Below, piece by piece: positions 17,881-26,670 of a DNA stretch of 42,132 bases; within the stretch, counting starts at the first letter, position 1; each line of letters opens with the position of its first letter. The stretch is from a virus. The position numbers and the translations under genes were made by a program. Under the pieces are notes generated by a model. It ran no database searches. It was not told the origin of the DNA and was given only the letters and a program-made list of their open reading frames with translations. The stretch is from IMG/VR virus record IMGVR_UViG_3300006886_000001. One strand, 5' to 3'.

Positions 17881-18389
17881 TACTTCGTTTCTCCTCTCGC
17901 TTGTTTTCCAGCTTCAGCCATGGCGGAAACTGCTTTTTCATCCTCGGACACTTTCGTATCACCTGCACCTGCTGAACCTCCGCCCAATTCAGATAACGTT
18001 ACACCTAAACTTTCACCATCTTTTTTATGGGCGGAGAAAGTATCCGTATTGGTTTTGCTCATCGCGTCAAAAAGTTGAACTTTTACTTTTTCAGGGGTCA
18101 TGGTGCTATCTGCTAAAGCAGTGCTGATAACATCTTCATAGCCAACCTTTGAAAGCGCGAGGATAGAGATAACCCGTGCATTTTCAGCTTTAATGGAAGC
18201 ATCAACATCGCTATTGGCACTTGCCACTCCCTCTTTTTGAAACACAGCTACAATGTCAGGATGACTTTGTTTGAGTGAATCTGCGGTAATTTCAATCCCA
18301 CTTCCCATGTTTGAAGCGATTTGTGCCGCAACGCTTGGAAATTTTTCTTGAATCATCGCCGCGGTAATGTCGCTCTCTTTGTACATCAT
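17880..18389 (-). CDS. Scaffolding protein candidate
   Basis: Preferred start is ATG 18389, preceded by AAGGAGCAAAAA. Acidic, helical, Ala-rich. Located between the protease and decoration genes. Confidence 0.5.
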   Translation of the reverse strand: MMYKESDITAAMIQEKFPSVAAQIASNMGSGIEITADSLKQSHPDIVAVFQKEGVASANSDVDASIKAENARVISILALSKVGYEDVISTALADSTMTPEKVKVQLFDAMSKTNTDTFSAHKKDGESLGVTLSELGGGSAGAGDTKVSEDEKAVSAMAEAGKQARGETK

Positions 18390-18399
18390 TTTTTGCTCC

Positions 18400-19197
18400 T
18401 TATTTAGTTTGAAGCTCTGCAATGAGTGCTTCAAATGTTGTGATTTCATCGATCATCCCTGCTTTTAAAGCATCATCACCGATGAGTAAGTCACCTTGTC
18501 CAAAGTTTTGTAAAACTTCTTCTACCGTGACACCTCTGTTTCTTGCAACATCTTCGACAAAGATTTGACCTAGTTTGTCAGCCCATACTTGGATTTGCTC
18601 TTTCCCCTCTTGCGTTTGAATATCTGGGCGTTTTTTAGGACTTACAGAAGATACAATCTCAATCGTTTGCATGCCGTCATCTACCATACTAAAAGAGTAA
18701 ACAGCGCCAATGCTTCCAATCATTGCCGTTTTTGAGGCGGCGATGTGATTGGCTGAGCTTGCTATCCAGTATCCTGCCGATGCCGCTAAATCATCCACAT
18801 AAGAGATGATGGGTTTTTTTTCTCCTGCTTTGCGAATAAGCTCTGATAGCTCAGCGATGCCCGAAGCTTGGCCACCCGGAGAGTCTATGACTAAAACGAT
18901 GGTACTTACGGCTCTGTTTTCGATGGCAGCGGTAATATCTTTGGCTAAAATTTCAGTCGATGTCGCTCCACAAAGTTCCGTAAATAAATTCGCATAGCGA
19001 TAAATTGCCCCGATAACAGGAATAACAGCGATACTTCCTCTCATCTCGACATTACGCGTATTTTCAAGCTTATTGCCTAGCTTTGTCGCTAAAACTTCAA
19101 CATCATTCTCGCGCTTAGCAATTTTGCTCATAAGCTCAAGATGAGTTGGTAAAATTAACCAAGGTTGGTTTGATAACGCATTTAAAATTCTGCTCAT
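18400..19197 (-). CDS. Head maturation protease, S49 (SppA / lambda gpC-like)
   Basis: VLVIDSPGGQASG and AASAGYWIASSANHI match the S49 ClpP-fold serine peptidase motifs. It follows the portal gene. Confidence 0.8.
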   Translation of the reverse strand: MSRILNALSNQPWLILPTHLELMSKIAKRENDVEVLATKLGNKLENTRNVEMRGSIAVIPVIGAIYRYANLFTELCGATSTEILAKDITAAIENRAVSTIVLVIDSPGGQASGIAELSELIRKAGEKKPIISYVDDLAASAGYWIASSANHIAASKTAMIGSIGAVYSFSMVDDGMQTIEIVSSVSPKKRPDIQTQEGKEQIQVWADKLGQIFVEDVARNRGVTVEEVLQNFGQGDLLIGDDALKAGMIDEITTFEALIAELQTK

Positions 19198-20753
19198 TAG
19201 TCTGCCTTTGTGTCGATTGGAGCTATGGGTGTGTCAACCGTTATAAGCCCTGCATCAAGTTTGAGTGCTATTTCTGTTTTTGCACGTTTTACATTCATAA
19301 CAAAATCACTTCCGTTGATCTCAGAAGCCTCTCTTGTGGCATTGCTATACCCTGATGCACAACGCATATCCGCTGCTTTTGTTTCATTTACTGGGTTAAG
19401 TTGCCCTTGTGCTGGTCCATTCCATGAAGCACCGCAATATGCTTTTCTAATGATGGGATCTTCTAAAAACCCCGGTGCATTTAAATACCCCAATAAAACA
19501 GCCTCAGTTAAAAGAGCCTCATAGACTGGTTGACAAAACTTTTTAGAAAACCATAACCGTCTTGTTTTAAACATTTTCCACGCTTCAAGCAGTGCCGCAC
19601 GGCTTGCAGAATATGAAGCACTAAAATGTTTCATCAACACTTCAAAAGGAATGTTTAGAGCTGATCCAATTTGTTTTAAAATAGCTTGTGTAAATGGGTC
19701 AAACGCAGTATTTGGTCTATTTGGATTAGAAGTAGATACCTTTTCACCGGGTGATAGGCCTATGATGGCACCTGCTGAAAGGTTCATCTCATCTTGATGT
19801 TGCTCTTTGGTTACACCACCATCTCCCTCTATACCATCAGGCAAATTCCCACTTTCACTTTCAATAAACACTGTAAAAAGACCGCTAACAACGGCCGCTG
19901 TTAACTCTGCATGAGTATAGTCGGTGAACTGTTTAAGAGGCTCGATGATCGGTGCAAGAATGGATATACCTCTGCGCTGCCCTGGACGAAGTTTTTCGTA
20001 TACATGTAAGATGTTTTTTCTGCCGCTTGTTCCAAAGGCGGGTATCGCTTTCCACTCGGTATTAAACGTATAATCACCGGGGTGATACTTGCTAAAGTGG
20101 TAATTAATAGGTGCGCCAAGTGCATCCGTTTCAACGCCACCTGCGATCGTTTGAGAATCCATTTTTTGATTTGGATTACTGCATCTATCTGCTTCGATAA
20201 GCTGAACAGCGAGTGAAAAAGGTGAATCTTTACGGTTAATATATGGCAATGCAGCAAAGATGTCTCCGCTGATGAGAGAGCCTAAAAGAGCAATAACTTG
20301 AAGCTCATAAAAACTTGATGTTCGCTCGGCATCTGCATTTTCACTATCTGCCCAAAATCTGAAAATCCTCTCTGCTTTAATTTCCCACGCATTCGCTTCT
20401 TCTTCACTCATGCCTAAAAATTCATAGTCAATATCTGCTTGAAGCGTAAGCCCTGCGCCTAAAATATTAAAGCGCATCGTATCTATGCCACCTCTTACGA
20501 TAGGAGCATTTCGGTACATGTCGCGGGAAATGGCTCTTAAGGCTTCAAGTGATGGAAGATCATCTGTATCGGAAGAGCCTATGATAGCATTGGCCGAACG
20601 CATAGAACGTCTTGAGGTGTCGGAACCTATGTATCCACCTGATGCCATCGCTTCGTATTTCATGCGTGAATGAATGCGCGCTAATCCATACTGTGGGGCT
20701 ATGGCCAAGAATGCTTTGTCAAGTAAGTTTGGGGTTACGGTAATTTTACTCAT
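19197..20753 (-). CDS. Portal protein (lambda gpB-like)
   Basis: 518 aa, between the gpW-like gene and the S49 protease gene. Confidence 0.8.
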   Translation of the reverse strand: MSKITVTPNLLDKAFLAIAPQYGLARIHSRMKYEAMASGGYIGSDTSRRSMRSANAIIGSSDTDDLPSLEALRAISRDMYRNAPIVRGGIDTMRFNILGAGLTLQADIDYEFLGMSEEEANAWEIKAERIFRFWADSENADAERTSSFYELQVIALLGSLISGDIFAALPYINRKDSPFSLAVQLIEADRCSNPNQKMDSQTIAGGVETDALGAPINYHFSKYHPGDYTFNTEWKAIPAFGTSGRKNILHVYEKLRPGQRRGISILAPIIEPLKQFTDYTHAELTAAVVSGLFTVFIESESGNLPDGIEGDGGVTKEQHQDEMNLSAGAIIGLSPGEKVSTSNPNRPNTAFDPFTQAILKQIGSALNIPFEVLMKHFSASYSASRAALLEAWKMFKTRRLWFSKKFCQPVYEALLTEAVLLGYLNAPGFLEDPIIRKAYCGASWNGPAQGQLNPVNETKAADMRCASGYSNATREASEINGSDFVMNVKRAKTEIALKLDAGLITVDTPIAPIDTKAD

Positions 20754-20989
20754 CGGTATACCGCTTTTTTGATAGTAATGCCTCTCCGTGGAGGGGTATC
20801 GTCTTCGCTTATTTTATAGTTTGACCCATATTTTCGGATTTTATCTTCGAGTCGTTCTTCTCTTGCTTGTAACATCTCTAAATCAGCACGTGTTAATTTT
20901 CTGCCATTGATCTCATAACTTTGAGATGCCATAACGGCTTCGATTGCTTCTTGTACTAATTCATATTGTTCTAAAAGCGTTTTTGTCAA
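20750..20989 (-). CDS. Head-tail joining protein gpW-like
   Basis: 79 aa with a TTG start after AGGA. SYEINGRKLTRADLEMLQAREERL resembles lambda gpW. It overlaps the portal start. Confidence 0.6.
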   Translation of the reverse strand: MTKTLLEQYELVQEAIEAVMASQSYEINGRKLTRADLEMLQAREERLEDKIRKYGSNYKISEDDTPPRRGITIKKAVYR

Positions 20990-21048
20990 GGTTAAATCCT
21001 AAATTTTTAATCTTGAGCGTATTTTTACGGAATATGAAAAATTGCGAT

Positions 21049-21069
21049 AGACCCCACTTTTTGGGGTCT
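21049..21069. terminator. GC-rich hairpin inside the late transcription unit
   Basis: AGACCCCA (21049-21056) pairs with TGGGGTCT (21062-21069) around a 5-nt loop. The T-run is near on the plus strand and 8 nt away on the minus strand. Confidence 0.4.
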
Positions 21070-21193
21070 TGACTTTTTGAAGTGTTTGTGGTATTTAAAA
21101 AATGAGGGAATAGTTGAAAGATATATTACTGTTATAAAAAAAATTTATTATTCTATCGGAGAGGAAAGAAGGCTTTATTACCTAAAATTTATG

Positions 21194-21733
21194 CTAATAA
21201 TTAAGAATTTTTGTTTTTTGGGCTTCAAATTCTTCTTTAGTTAGTAGTCCTTTTTCAAAAAGTTCACTGATTTTAACAAGGTCATCAACATTTGTTTTTT
21301 TAGGTTCTATTATTTCATTATTTATGTCTTGAAATACGGGTAAGTTTGATGACTCAATAATGACATTGCCATTTACTTTTTTTATGACAAAAGATTGATC
21401 ATTGTCATTTTTAAAAACTTTTTCATAATCATCGTCAGTATTATATTGAGATGGGTATAAATTATAATTTTCATAAAATTTAAGGGCTTTTATTAGAGCT
21501 TTGTCATAGTCCAATTGTACTTCAGTACGGTAGCGCTGATAAATCTTTTTAGATTCTAATGAAGCTTGCTTCTGATTATTTTTGTTTTCTCCAGCAATAA
21601 GCAAAAAAATAAAAGTAATCAACGGAGACAAAAAAACAGATAAAATAAAATATCCAAGAGCATTTCTATTCAATTTTGAAGCATAAAACCCTGCTAACCC
21701 AGCAAATATTATCCATCCGATGACTAATTCCAT
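21194..21733 (-). CDS. Membrane protein with a C-terminal SHOCT-like domain (moron)
   Basis: Two N-terminal TM helices (WIIFAGLAGFYA, YFILSVFLSPLITFIFLLIAG). The C-terminus LVKISELFEKGLLTKEEFEAQKTKIL is the SHOCT pattern. Very A+T-rich by eye. Confidence 0.6.
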   Translation of the reverse strand: MELVIGWIIFAGLAGFYASKLNRNALGYFILSVFLSPLITFIFLLIAGENKNNQKQASLESKKIYQRYRTEVQLDYDKALIKALKFYENYNLYPSQYNTDDDYEKVFKNDNDQSFVIKKVNGNVIIESSNLPVFQDINNEIIEPKKTNVDDLVKISELFEKGLLTKEEFEAQKTKILNY

Positions 21734-21802
21734 AATATGCCTTTCTATGAATCTTTTAGGCTAAATTATAGTAAAAAGTTCTTAGAAAAGTGTTATCGTA
21801 CG

Positions 21803-22426
21803 TTAGTCTTTCTTTTCTTTATGCCTTGGAAGTCTATTGCATTGAGTCGTAACGCCTTTGATATGTCCATGTCTTTTTTGGATAGATGCAACGAAACGTT
21901 CCATATTTTCGGCGTATTCGGCTGTATCGCTTGCAAGTTGTCGCATGGTTTTTGCTGCTCTGCTTGCATAGCCTAAAAACTCAAGTGTATCATTATGTGT
22001 TTGTGGGTCGTTAAGAATAAATGGTGTGTTTTCAGTAATTCGGTTCATAGCTCTTTTAAGTTCGATGCATTCACGCTCTTTGGCATAAAGAAGTTCATAA
22101 GGTACATAGTTTGTGTCGTTAGCTTTGTCTATGACATAATCTTCAGCCCAATCACGAAATGCTTTTGCACGTTCGCTTTTGATAAAAAAGCCAAGTCTAA
22201 CAACACCACGTTTTGTCCACATGGTTTTATTTGCATTATTGGCATTTTTACCGACAACAAAATGTTTTCCTTCTATTAACTCATCTCTATGGTTCGACTT
22301 ATTTTGGTTTATGTTATCTACAGTGCATCCATAACCTAGTGCTACATCTTTAGTTGCCATAAGAAAAGTGTGTGGTTCACTTTCTGTTAATTGTATTCTT
22401 TTGTCTTCAAAAATGACTAATGACAT
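21803..22426 (-). CDS. Bro-N domain protein (antirepressor-like), paralog A
   Basis: ATKDVALGYG...WTKRGVVRLGFFIKSERAKAFRDWAEDYV fits the Bro-N consensus. Roughly two-thirds identical by eye to 39240..39812 over the N-terminal domain. Confidence 0.7.
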   Translation of the reverse strand: MSLVIFEDKRIQLTESEPHTFLMATKDVALGYGCTVDNINQNKSNHRDELIEGKHFVVGKNANNANKTMWTKRGVVRLGFFIKSERAKAFRDWAEDYVIDKANDTNYVPYELLYAKERECIELKRAMNRITENTPFILNDPQTHNDTLEFLGYASRAAKTMRQLASDTAEYAENMERFVASIQKRHGHIKGVTTQCNRLPRHKEKKD

Positions 22427-22550
22427 AAATACTCCTTTTTTTTCATTTTAGATGAATTATTTTAAGGAATATTATCACTGTAAATTTAAAAAGTCAAGCT
22501 TTTTTTAATTATAGGTTTAATTTTTGTAGATTTATATCATTTTAGATTAT

Positions 22551-22583
22551 ATAGTATCTATGAAAAATTTTCATAGATACTAT
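22551..22583. promoter_or_regulatory. 33-bp perfect palindrome (16+1+16) between HTH-A and Bro-A
   Basis: ATAGTATCTATGAAAA-A-TTTTCATAGATACTAT. It overlaps the HTH-A stop codon. On the minus strand a TATAAT follows it, overlapping the final 2 nt of the palindrome (22552-22547). Confidence 0.6.
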
Positions 22584-22801
22584 TTTGCAAGCTCCAAGAG
22601 TTTCTTTACGGCATCCGCTATCTCTTTGTTTTTTTTGTTTTCTTTAAGAGTTTCAATAAAATTAATTGCCCATTGTGGAAGTTCATTTGATGATGACCAA
22701 TTTCTAACTGTTCCTTCGGAGGCTCCAAGCTTATCTGCCAACTCTTTTTGAGTGAGCCCAAGCTCTTTACATGTAAGCTTAACGATGTTATCTTCTAGCA
22801 T
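22580..22801 (-). CDS. XRE-type HTH protein, paralog A (73 aa)
   Basis: LTCKELGLTQKELADKLGASEGTVRNWSS is a classic HTH. It is a paralog of the C-terminus of 38553..39113. Confidence 0.75.
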   Translation of the reverse strand: MLEDNIVKLTCKELGLTQKELADKLGASEGTVRNWSSSNELPQWAINFIETLKENKKNKEIADAVKKLLELAK

Positions 22802-22854
22802 TATCTTTCCTTTGTTGTGTTTTATTATAACGTTTGACGTTTAAAAATTACCTT

Positions 22855-23055
22855 TTAGTTTAAAAGCTCATTTCCCCCAAATATTTGTTTGATTTCTTCG
22901 TATTTTTGGGCGAATGTAGGGCTTTCAAGTAAAAGCATTTTTAAAATAGACCCATTATCATCTGTGTTTTTTTCAGCTTTTATCATATTTATTGCATTTA
23001 AAACATTGACGTCTATATAAGCTTTCATACGTGTTTTATATTCTTTTGTTGCCAT
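22855..23055 (-). CDS. Small protein coupled to the terminase large subunit (possible ribbon-helix-helix)
   Basis: 66 aa. The start overlaps the TerL stop (TAATG). The beta-alpha-alpha pattern was judged by eye only. Confidence 0.35.
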   Translation of the reverse strand: MATKEYKTRMKAYIDVNVLNAINMIKAEKNTDDNGSILKMLLLESPTFAQKYEEIKQIFGGNELLN

Positions 23056-24917
23056 TATATTCCCCTCGATATGATTCTTCTGCCCGATTTTTTGGGTGCG
23101 GTTTGTGGTTTATTTTCTGAGCTATAGGAAATGATGCCAATTCTTCGCCCTAAATTGAGTATCTTTTCATCAACGCCTGCAAGCTGCAAAGCTGCATTGG
23201 CATAGTTGCGACAGTCCACTGCCTCATTTCTATGACGGTATTTCACCCATCCGCCTGTTTTTTTGTCTCTTTTCTCTGCCATAAGTTGCCTAAAATACTC
23301 TTCATCATATGTTTCTTTTTTTGGGAAGTGCATGTATCTAGGTCCTAGTTCATTTATCTCTAAATTTGAATATATCTCATCTTTTCCAGCGTTAACACCA
23401 ACTAAAAATAAATTTACTTTATCATCCCTAATAAACGATGCTCGTTTATTGATAAAAGGAGCATCAATCGTACTTGAGCCTTTAATAGCAAATACTTTTT
23501 GGCGATAGCGTGGTTTACAAAAAGCATAAACCGATTTAGTTCTATGACCTCCTGTATCGACTCCTTTGGCGTAAATTTGCATCATTGCACCATCTTCACA
23601 CTCAAAGGTTCTGTTTAGGTACGTCGCAAGCTGTTGGCGCGTTTCTATGTCGTTAGGATCTCCATGGATGATCTGATAGTCAATGCTCCATGTTTCCCCT
23701 GCTTTCCCATAGCCCACAACTTCTACTTCAAAACGGTTGTTTTGTGTATCTACCCCCGCAGCAATGACGAGCACACCATGAGGCACTTCTGCGTTATACT
23801 GTTCGCACCTACCAGGAAGATTTTCAACCTTTACGGTTTCCATCTCTCCTTCCCATGCCATAGCATCGCGCGTATTTACCCATGTTTTCATCTTATTAAC
23901 AGATCCGCGCTTCATCTCTTTCTTTGCGACAAGGAACTCTCTAAAAATCTCATTCCAACTAACCATTCCAATAGGAGATAAATAGCCTGGTACATAATAG
24001 CCACGATAAATATGCCCAGGGTTGTGGGGAATCCATGTTGCACCATTTTTCTTTGCCTCCATCCATGTTTTATAGTGTTCATCAATGAGGCTTCCACAAT
24101 GTTTACACTCAAGCTGAACATCACCTATGAGCGTGTAAGTATTTTTATCGTAGTTGAATTTGAAGCTATCTTTTTCAAAAGTTATAAGCCCTTTACAATG
24201 AGGACAAGGCATATAGTAATGGCGTTGATCGCTATCTTCAAACTCAGGTTCTATATGGGATGTTTCTAGGTCTGTTGGCGTTGAGTTAATGTATATCTTT
24301 TTTAATATGCCGAAACTATCAGCTCGTTTTTTACCAAGCTCAATAACATCACCCTCACCATTAATATCGTGGGCAAATCCATCAACATCGTCCAAAACAA
24401 CAATGCGACAAGAAGCAGAACGATACGTTGAAGTAGACCCTGACCATCCTATTTTTAAAGAACCACCGGCATATCTTTTTTCAAATGTTGAACCTATGTC
24501 AGCTTTTGATTTACCCGGTAATATTTTGTTAGCTAAAGACGGCATGGCTTTCAATGAAGGCTCTAACTTAGAATTATGATGATCTTTTGCAAGTGTTTCA
24601 CTTGGTAGTATCATAATTTGAGACGTTGGAACTACATCCATAAAATACATAACCAGATTATTGGCTACTTCGGTTAACCCTAACTGTGTCCCTTTTTTTA
24701 CTTTAACCTGTTGTGTAGAGCTTTGTGGGCTAAGCTCATACATAATCTCTCGTAAATATGGCATCCTATCAGTATCATATTGCCCGGGTTCAGCACTCGC
24801 CCCTTTTGGGAGTTGTCTGTATTTATCAGCCCACTCATCTATAGTGATGTATGGATCAGGAGCAAGCCCATCGGCAAATGCTTCAAAAATAGGGCTACAA
24901 CTCACGTAATATCCCAT
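23055..24917 (-). CDS. terL: Terminase large subunit (lambda gpA family)
   Basis: 620 aa with a Zn-ribbon CPHCKG...CKHCGS, as in GpA-type terminases. It is preceded by a Nu1-like gene. Confidence 0.85.
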   Translation of the reverse strand: MGYYVSCSPIFEAFADGLAPDPYITIDEWADKYRQLPKGASAEPGQYDTDRMPYLREIMYELSPQSSTQQVKVKKGTQLGLTEVANNLVMYFMDVVPTSQIMILPSETLAKDHHNSKLEPSLKAMPSLANKILPGKSKADIGSTFEKRYAGGSLKIGWSGSTSTYRSASCRIVVLDDVDGFAHDINGEGDVIELGKKRADSFGILKKIYINSTPTDLETSHIEPEFEDSDQRHYYMPCPHCKGLITFEKDSFKFNYDKNTYTLIGDVQLECKHCGSLIDEHYKTWMEAKKNGATWIPHNPGHIYRGYYVPGYLSPIGMVSWNEIFREFLVAKKEMKRGSVNKMKTWVNTRDAMAWEGEMETVKVENLPGRCEQYNAEVPHGVLVIAAGVDTQNNRFEVEVVGYGKAGETWSIDYQIIHGDPNDIETRQQLATYLNRTFECEDGAMMQIYAKGVDTGGHRTKSVYAFCKPRYRQKVFAIKGSSTIDAPFINKRASFIRDDKVNLFLVGVNAGKDEIYSNLEINELGPRYMHFPKKETYDEEYFRQLMAEKRDKKTGGWVKYRHRNEAVDCRNYANAALQLAGVDEKILNLGRRIGIISYSSENKPQTAPKKSGRRIISRGI

Positions 24918-25536
24918 TTAAGGTGTTGAGTTGATTGCTTATTTCTGCTTCGATCATTGTCCTACATGTATGCGGGTCACTTTCAAAAGCAAGTCTTGAA
25001 GCAAGGCGAGCAGGTATGGTCATTAAACCATCTCTTATGATTTTTGAAGCCTCAAAGATTGATTTTCTAACTTCATCTATCATAATCAATTCACTTGATC
25101 TTTTTTGATACTCTAGCTTTGACAATTTCCCTAGATAAAATTCTTTAAACAATCTAATTTGAGCGGGTTTCATTCCATCAAAATCTTTTATATCAAATTC
25201 ACTTTCATCTTTACCCTCTTCTTCCCCTACTTCCTTCGCCATCCTTTTTATTTCTTCTTTTTCAAGCCGAATTAATTCTCTCTCTTCATCACTCATATCA
25301 GCCTCAGACTCATAAGCCCCAATAGAGTTTATAAGGTCTGGCACTTCTCTGCGTTTTTCGTTAGCTTCACGCTGAGCATCACGGGAGGGGTCCTTATTCT
25401 CTTCAATGGCTTTTTTTGCGATCTCAACATCTACTTTGCCATTGACAAGAATGATCACGCCATTCGTTACAAGTTTACCGATGTATGTGTGGCTTTTACC
25501 AATCATCTTTGCAAATTGATTTTGGCTTACTAGCAT
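24895..25536 (-). CDS. terS: Terminase small subunit (Nu1-like)
   Basis: N-terminal HTH (VSQNQFAKMIGKSHTYIGKLVTNGVI) and an acidic central region. It overlaps the terL start and has repeat-rich DNA upstream. Confidence 0.75.
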   Translation of the reverse strand: MLVSQNQFAKMIGKSHTYIGKLVTNGVIILVNGKVDVEIAKKAIEENKDPSRDAQREANEKRREVPDLINSIGAYESEADMSDEERELIRLEKEEIKRMAKEVGEEEGKDESEFDIKDFDGMKPAQIRLFKEFYLGKLSKLEYQKRSSELIMIDEVRKSIFEASKIIRDGLMTIPARLASRLAFESDPHTCRTMIEAEISNQLNTLNGILREL

Positions 25537-25557
25537 GAAAAAGCCTTACACATAGAG

Positions 25558-25629
25558 AGTTGCAACGTTTCAACTCCTAAAAGTTGCAACCAAGTTGAAA
25601 CCCCACAAACTACGTGGCTATCGGGGTTT
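25558..25629. promoter_or_regulatory. cos/cosB-like repeat cluster upstream of terS
   Basis: AGTTGCAAC occurs twice (GTTGCAAC at 25560-67 and 25583-90). GTTTCAAC and GTTGAAAC form an inverted pair. GAAACCCC and GGGGTTT form a second inverted pair. Confidence 0.5.
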
Positions 25630-25669
25630 GCACTACCCTTATCGGTGTATGTTGTGGAAGAACCTACTA

Positions 25670-26470
25670 TCATTTTGCTGTCCTAAATGCTTGATCTAAA
25701 TTCTTTCTTAGTAAGGTTGGTGCATTTTTATTTACGTACCCTTTGGCAATTTCTTCAAAGAAAAACCGTTTCTTGTATGATGATTTTGAGTTAAAGAAGA
25801 GAATGACTGGTTCAACATCTGAGCCATGTGTTCCTGTCTTTTTCCATATACCTGCTTGAAGGTGACTTCGTTGCCCACCAAATCCTTCCTTACCTGCTGA
25901 TAAGAAGTATATGACACCATTGATCTTTTTATATCCACTCTTTGATTTTCCAATCTTATGAACTCTATTTCTCTTTTTATCTGTCATGTTTGCAGTAAAG
26001 CCTGCTTTATCGTATAGCCTAAGATAAGAGATGATCCATGAAGAGAACTTCCCACTTATGCCACCGTACTGATCTATCACCCCGCTACCTGCTGACCTAC
26101 TTGGTAGTGCATACATTGAGCTACCCATAAGACCTTGTCTCTTCATTAGATTTTCAAAGCGCCTGTTTCCTCTTTTTGCTGAGTTTATCTGATGACCTAG
26201 AACATCTAGTGGTGAAGCGCCCTTCCCTTTCTTGCTATCGCTAATCCCAATGCTTCCTACCAGTTGTGCTTTACTTGCTTTCTTAATGATGAAACTACCT
26301 TTTAAGAAGTTCATGTTTGGTTTATCAAATATGCTTTCAAATTGTTTCAAGCTTCGTTCTTTTATGCCAAAGAGAAGATCGTTGATAGTCTTTGATGTTG
26401 CATAATTAATTTGCTTTTTTGCATTTTTTATAATCTTAGTGGTTTGGTTTATGTCCATAGATATGTTCAT
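25670..26470 (-). CDS. Basic hypothetical protein (266 aa)
   Basis: Long ORF, Lys/Arg-rich, last gene before the cos-like region. No motif recognised. Confidence 0.5.
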   Translation of the reverse strand: MNISMDINQTTKIIKNAKKQINYATSKTINDLLFGIKERSLKQFESIFDKPNMNFLKGSFIIKKASKAQLVGSIGISDSKKGKGASPLDVLGHQINSAKRGNRRFENLMKRQGLMGSSMYALPSRSAGSGVIDQYGGISGKFSSWIISYLRLYDKAGFTANMTDKKRNRVHKIGKSKSGYKKINGVIYFLSAGKEGFGGQRSHLQAGIWKKTGTHGSDVEPVILFFNSKSSYKKRFFFEEIAKGYVNKNAPTLLRKNLDQAFRTAK

Positions 26471-26670
26471 ACTGCTGCCTTCATTATCATCTTGCCGTCT
26501 GCATAATCTCTACTGGTCAAATGCTTTCGATCATCCGCAAAAAGATGAGTGTTGCCGCATGTTGGGCAAGGAGCTATCTCTTCGCTTTGCCACCTTGTCG
26601 TTGGCGCACACTTAAAACATCGGATGTCATAGCGTGGTGGTGTTGGTTCTTCTTGGATTTGCTTAGCCAT
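26467..26670 (-). CDS. Small zinc-ribbon protein
   Basis: CFKC...CPTCGN (two CxxC pairs). Overlapping starts and stops with both neighbours. Confidence 0.55.
   Translation of the reverse strand: MAKQIQEEPTPPRYDIRCFKCAPTTRWQSEEIAPCPTCGNTHLFADDRKHLTSRDYADGKMIMKAAV

Noticed and set aside
19901-20257. Same-strand alternative-frame ORFs nested in long genes: 19901..20257 in portal, 11180..11380 in tape measure, 25732..25953, 27959..28147 and 23912..24124
   Set aside because: No RBS or coupling signal and low-complexity translations. The containing genes have strong family signatures.
22560-22751. Plus-strand 63-aa ORF starting in the 33-bp palindrome
   Set aside because: It is antisense to the well-supported HTH-A gene, and its start is simply the palindrome arm.
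22580-23055. Small ORF + HTH pair as a toxin-antitoxin or acr-aca operon
   Set aside because: Only size and order suggest it. No toxin or Acr motif can be read, and the 66-aa ORF is translationally coupled to the terminase gene rather than to the HTH gene. It is kept only as context in the insertion finding.
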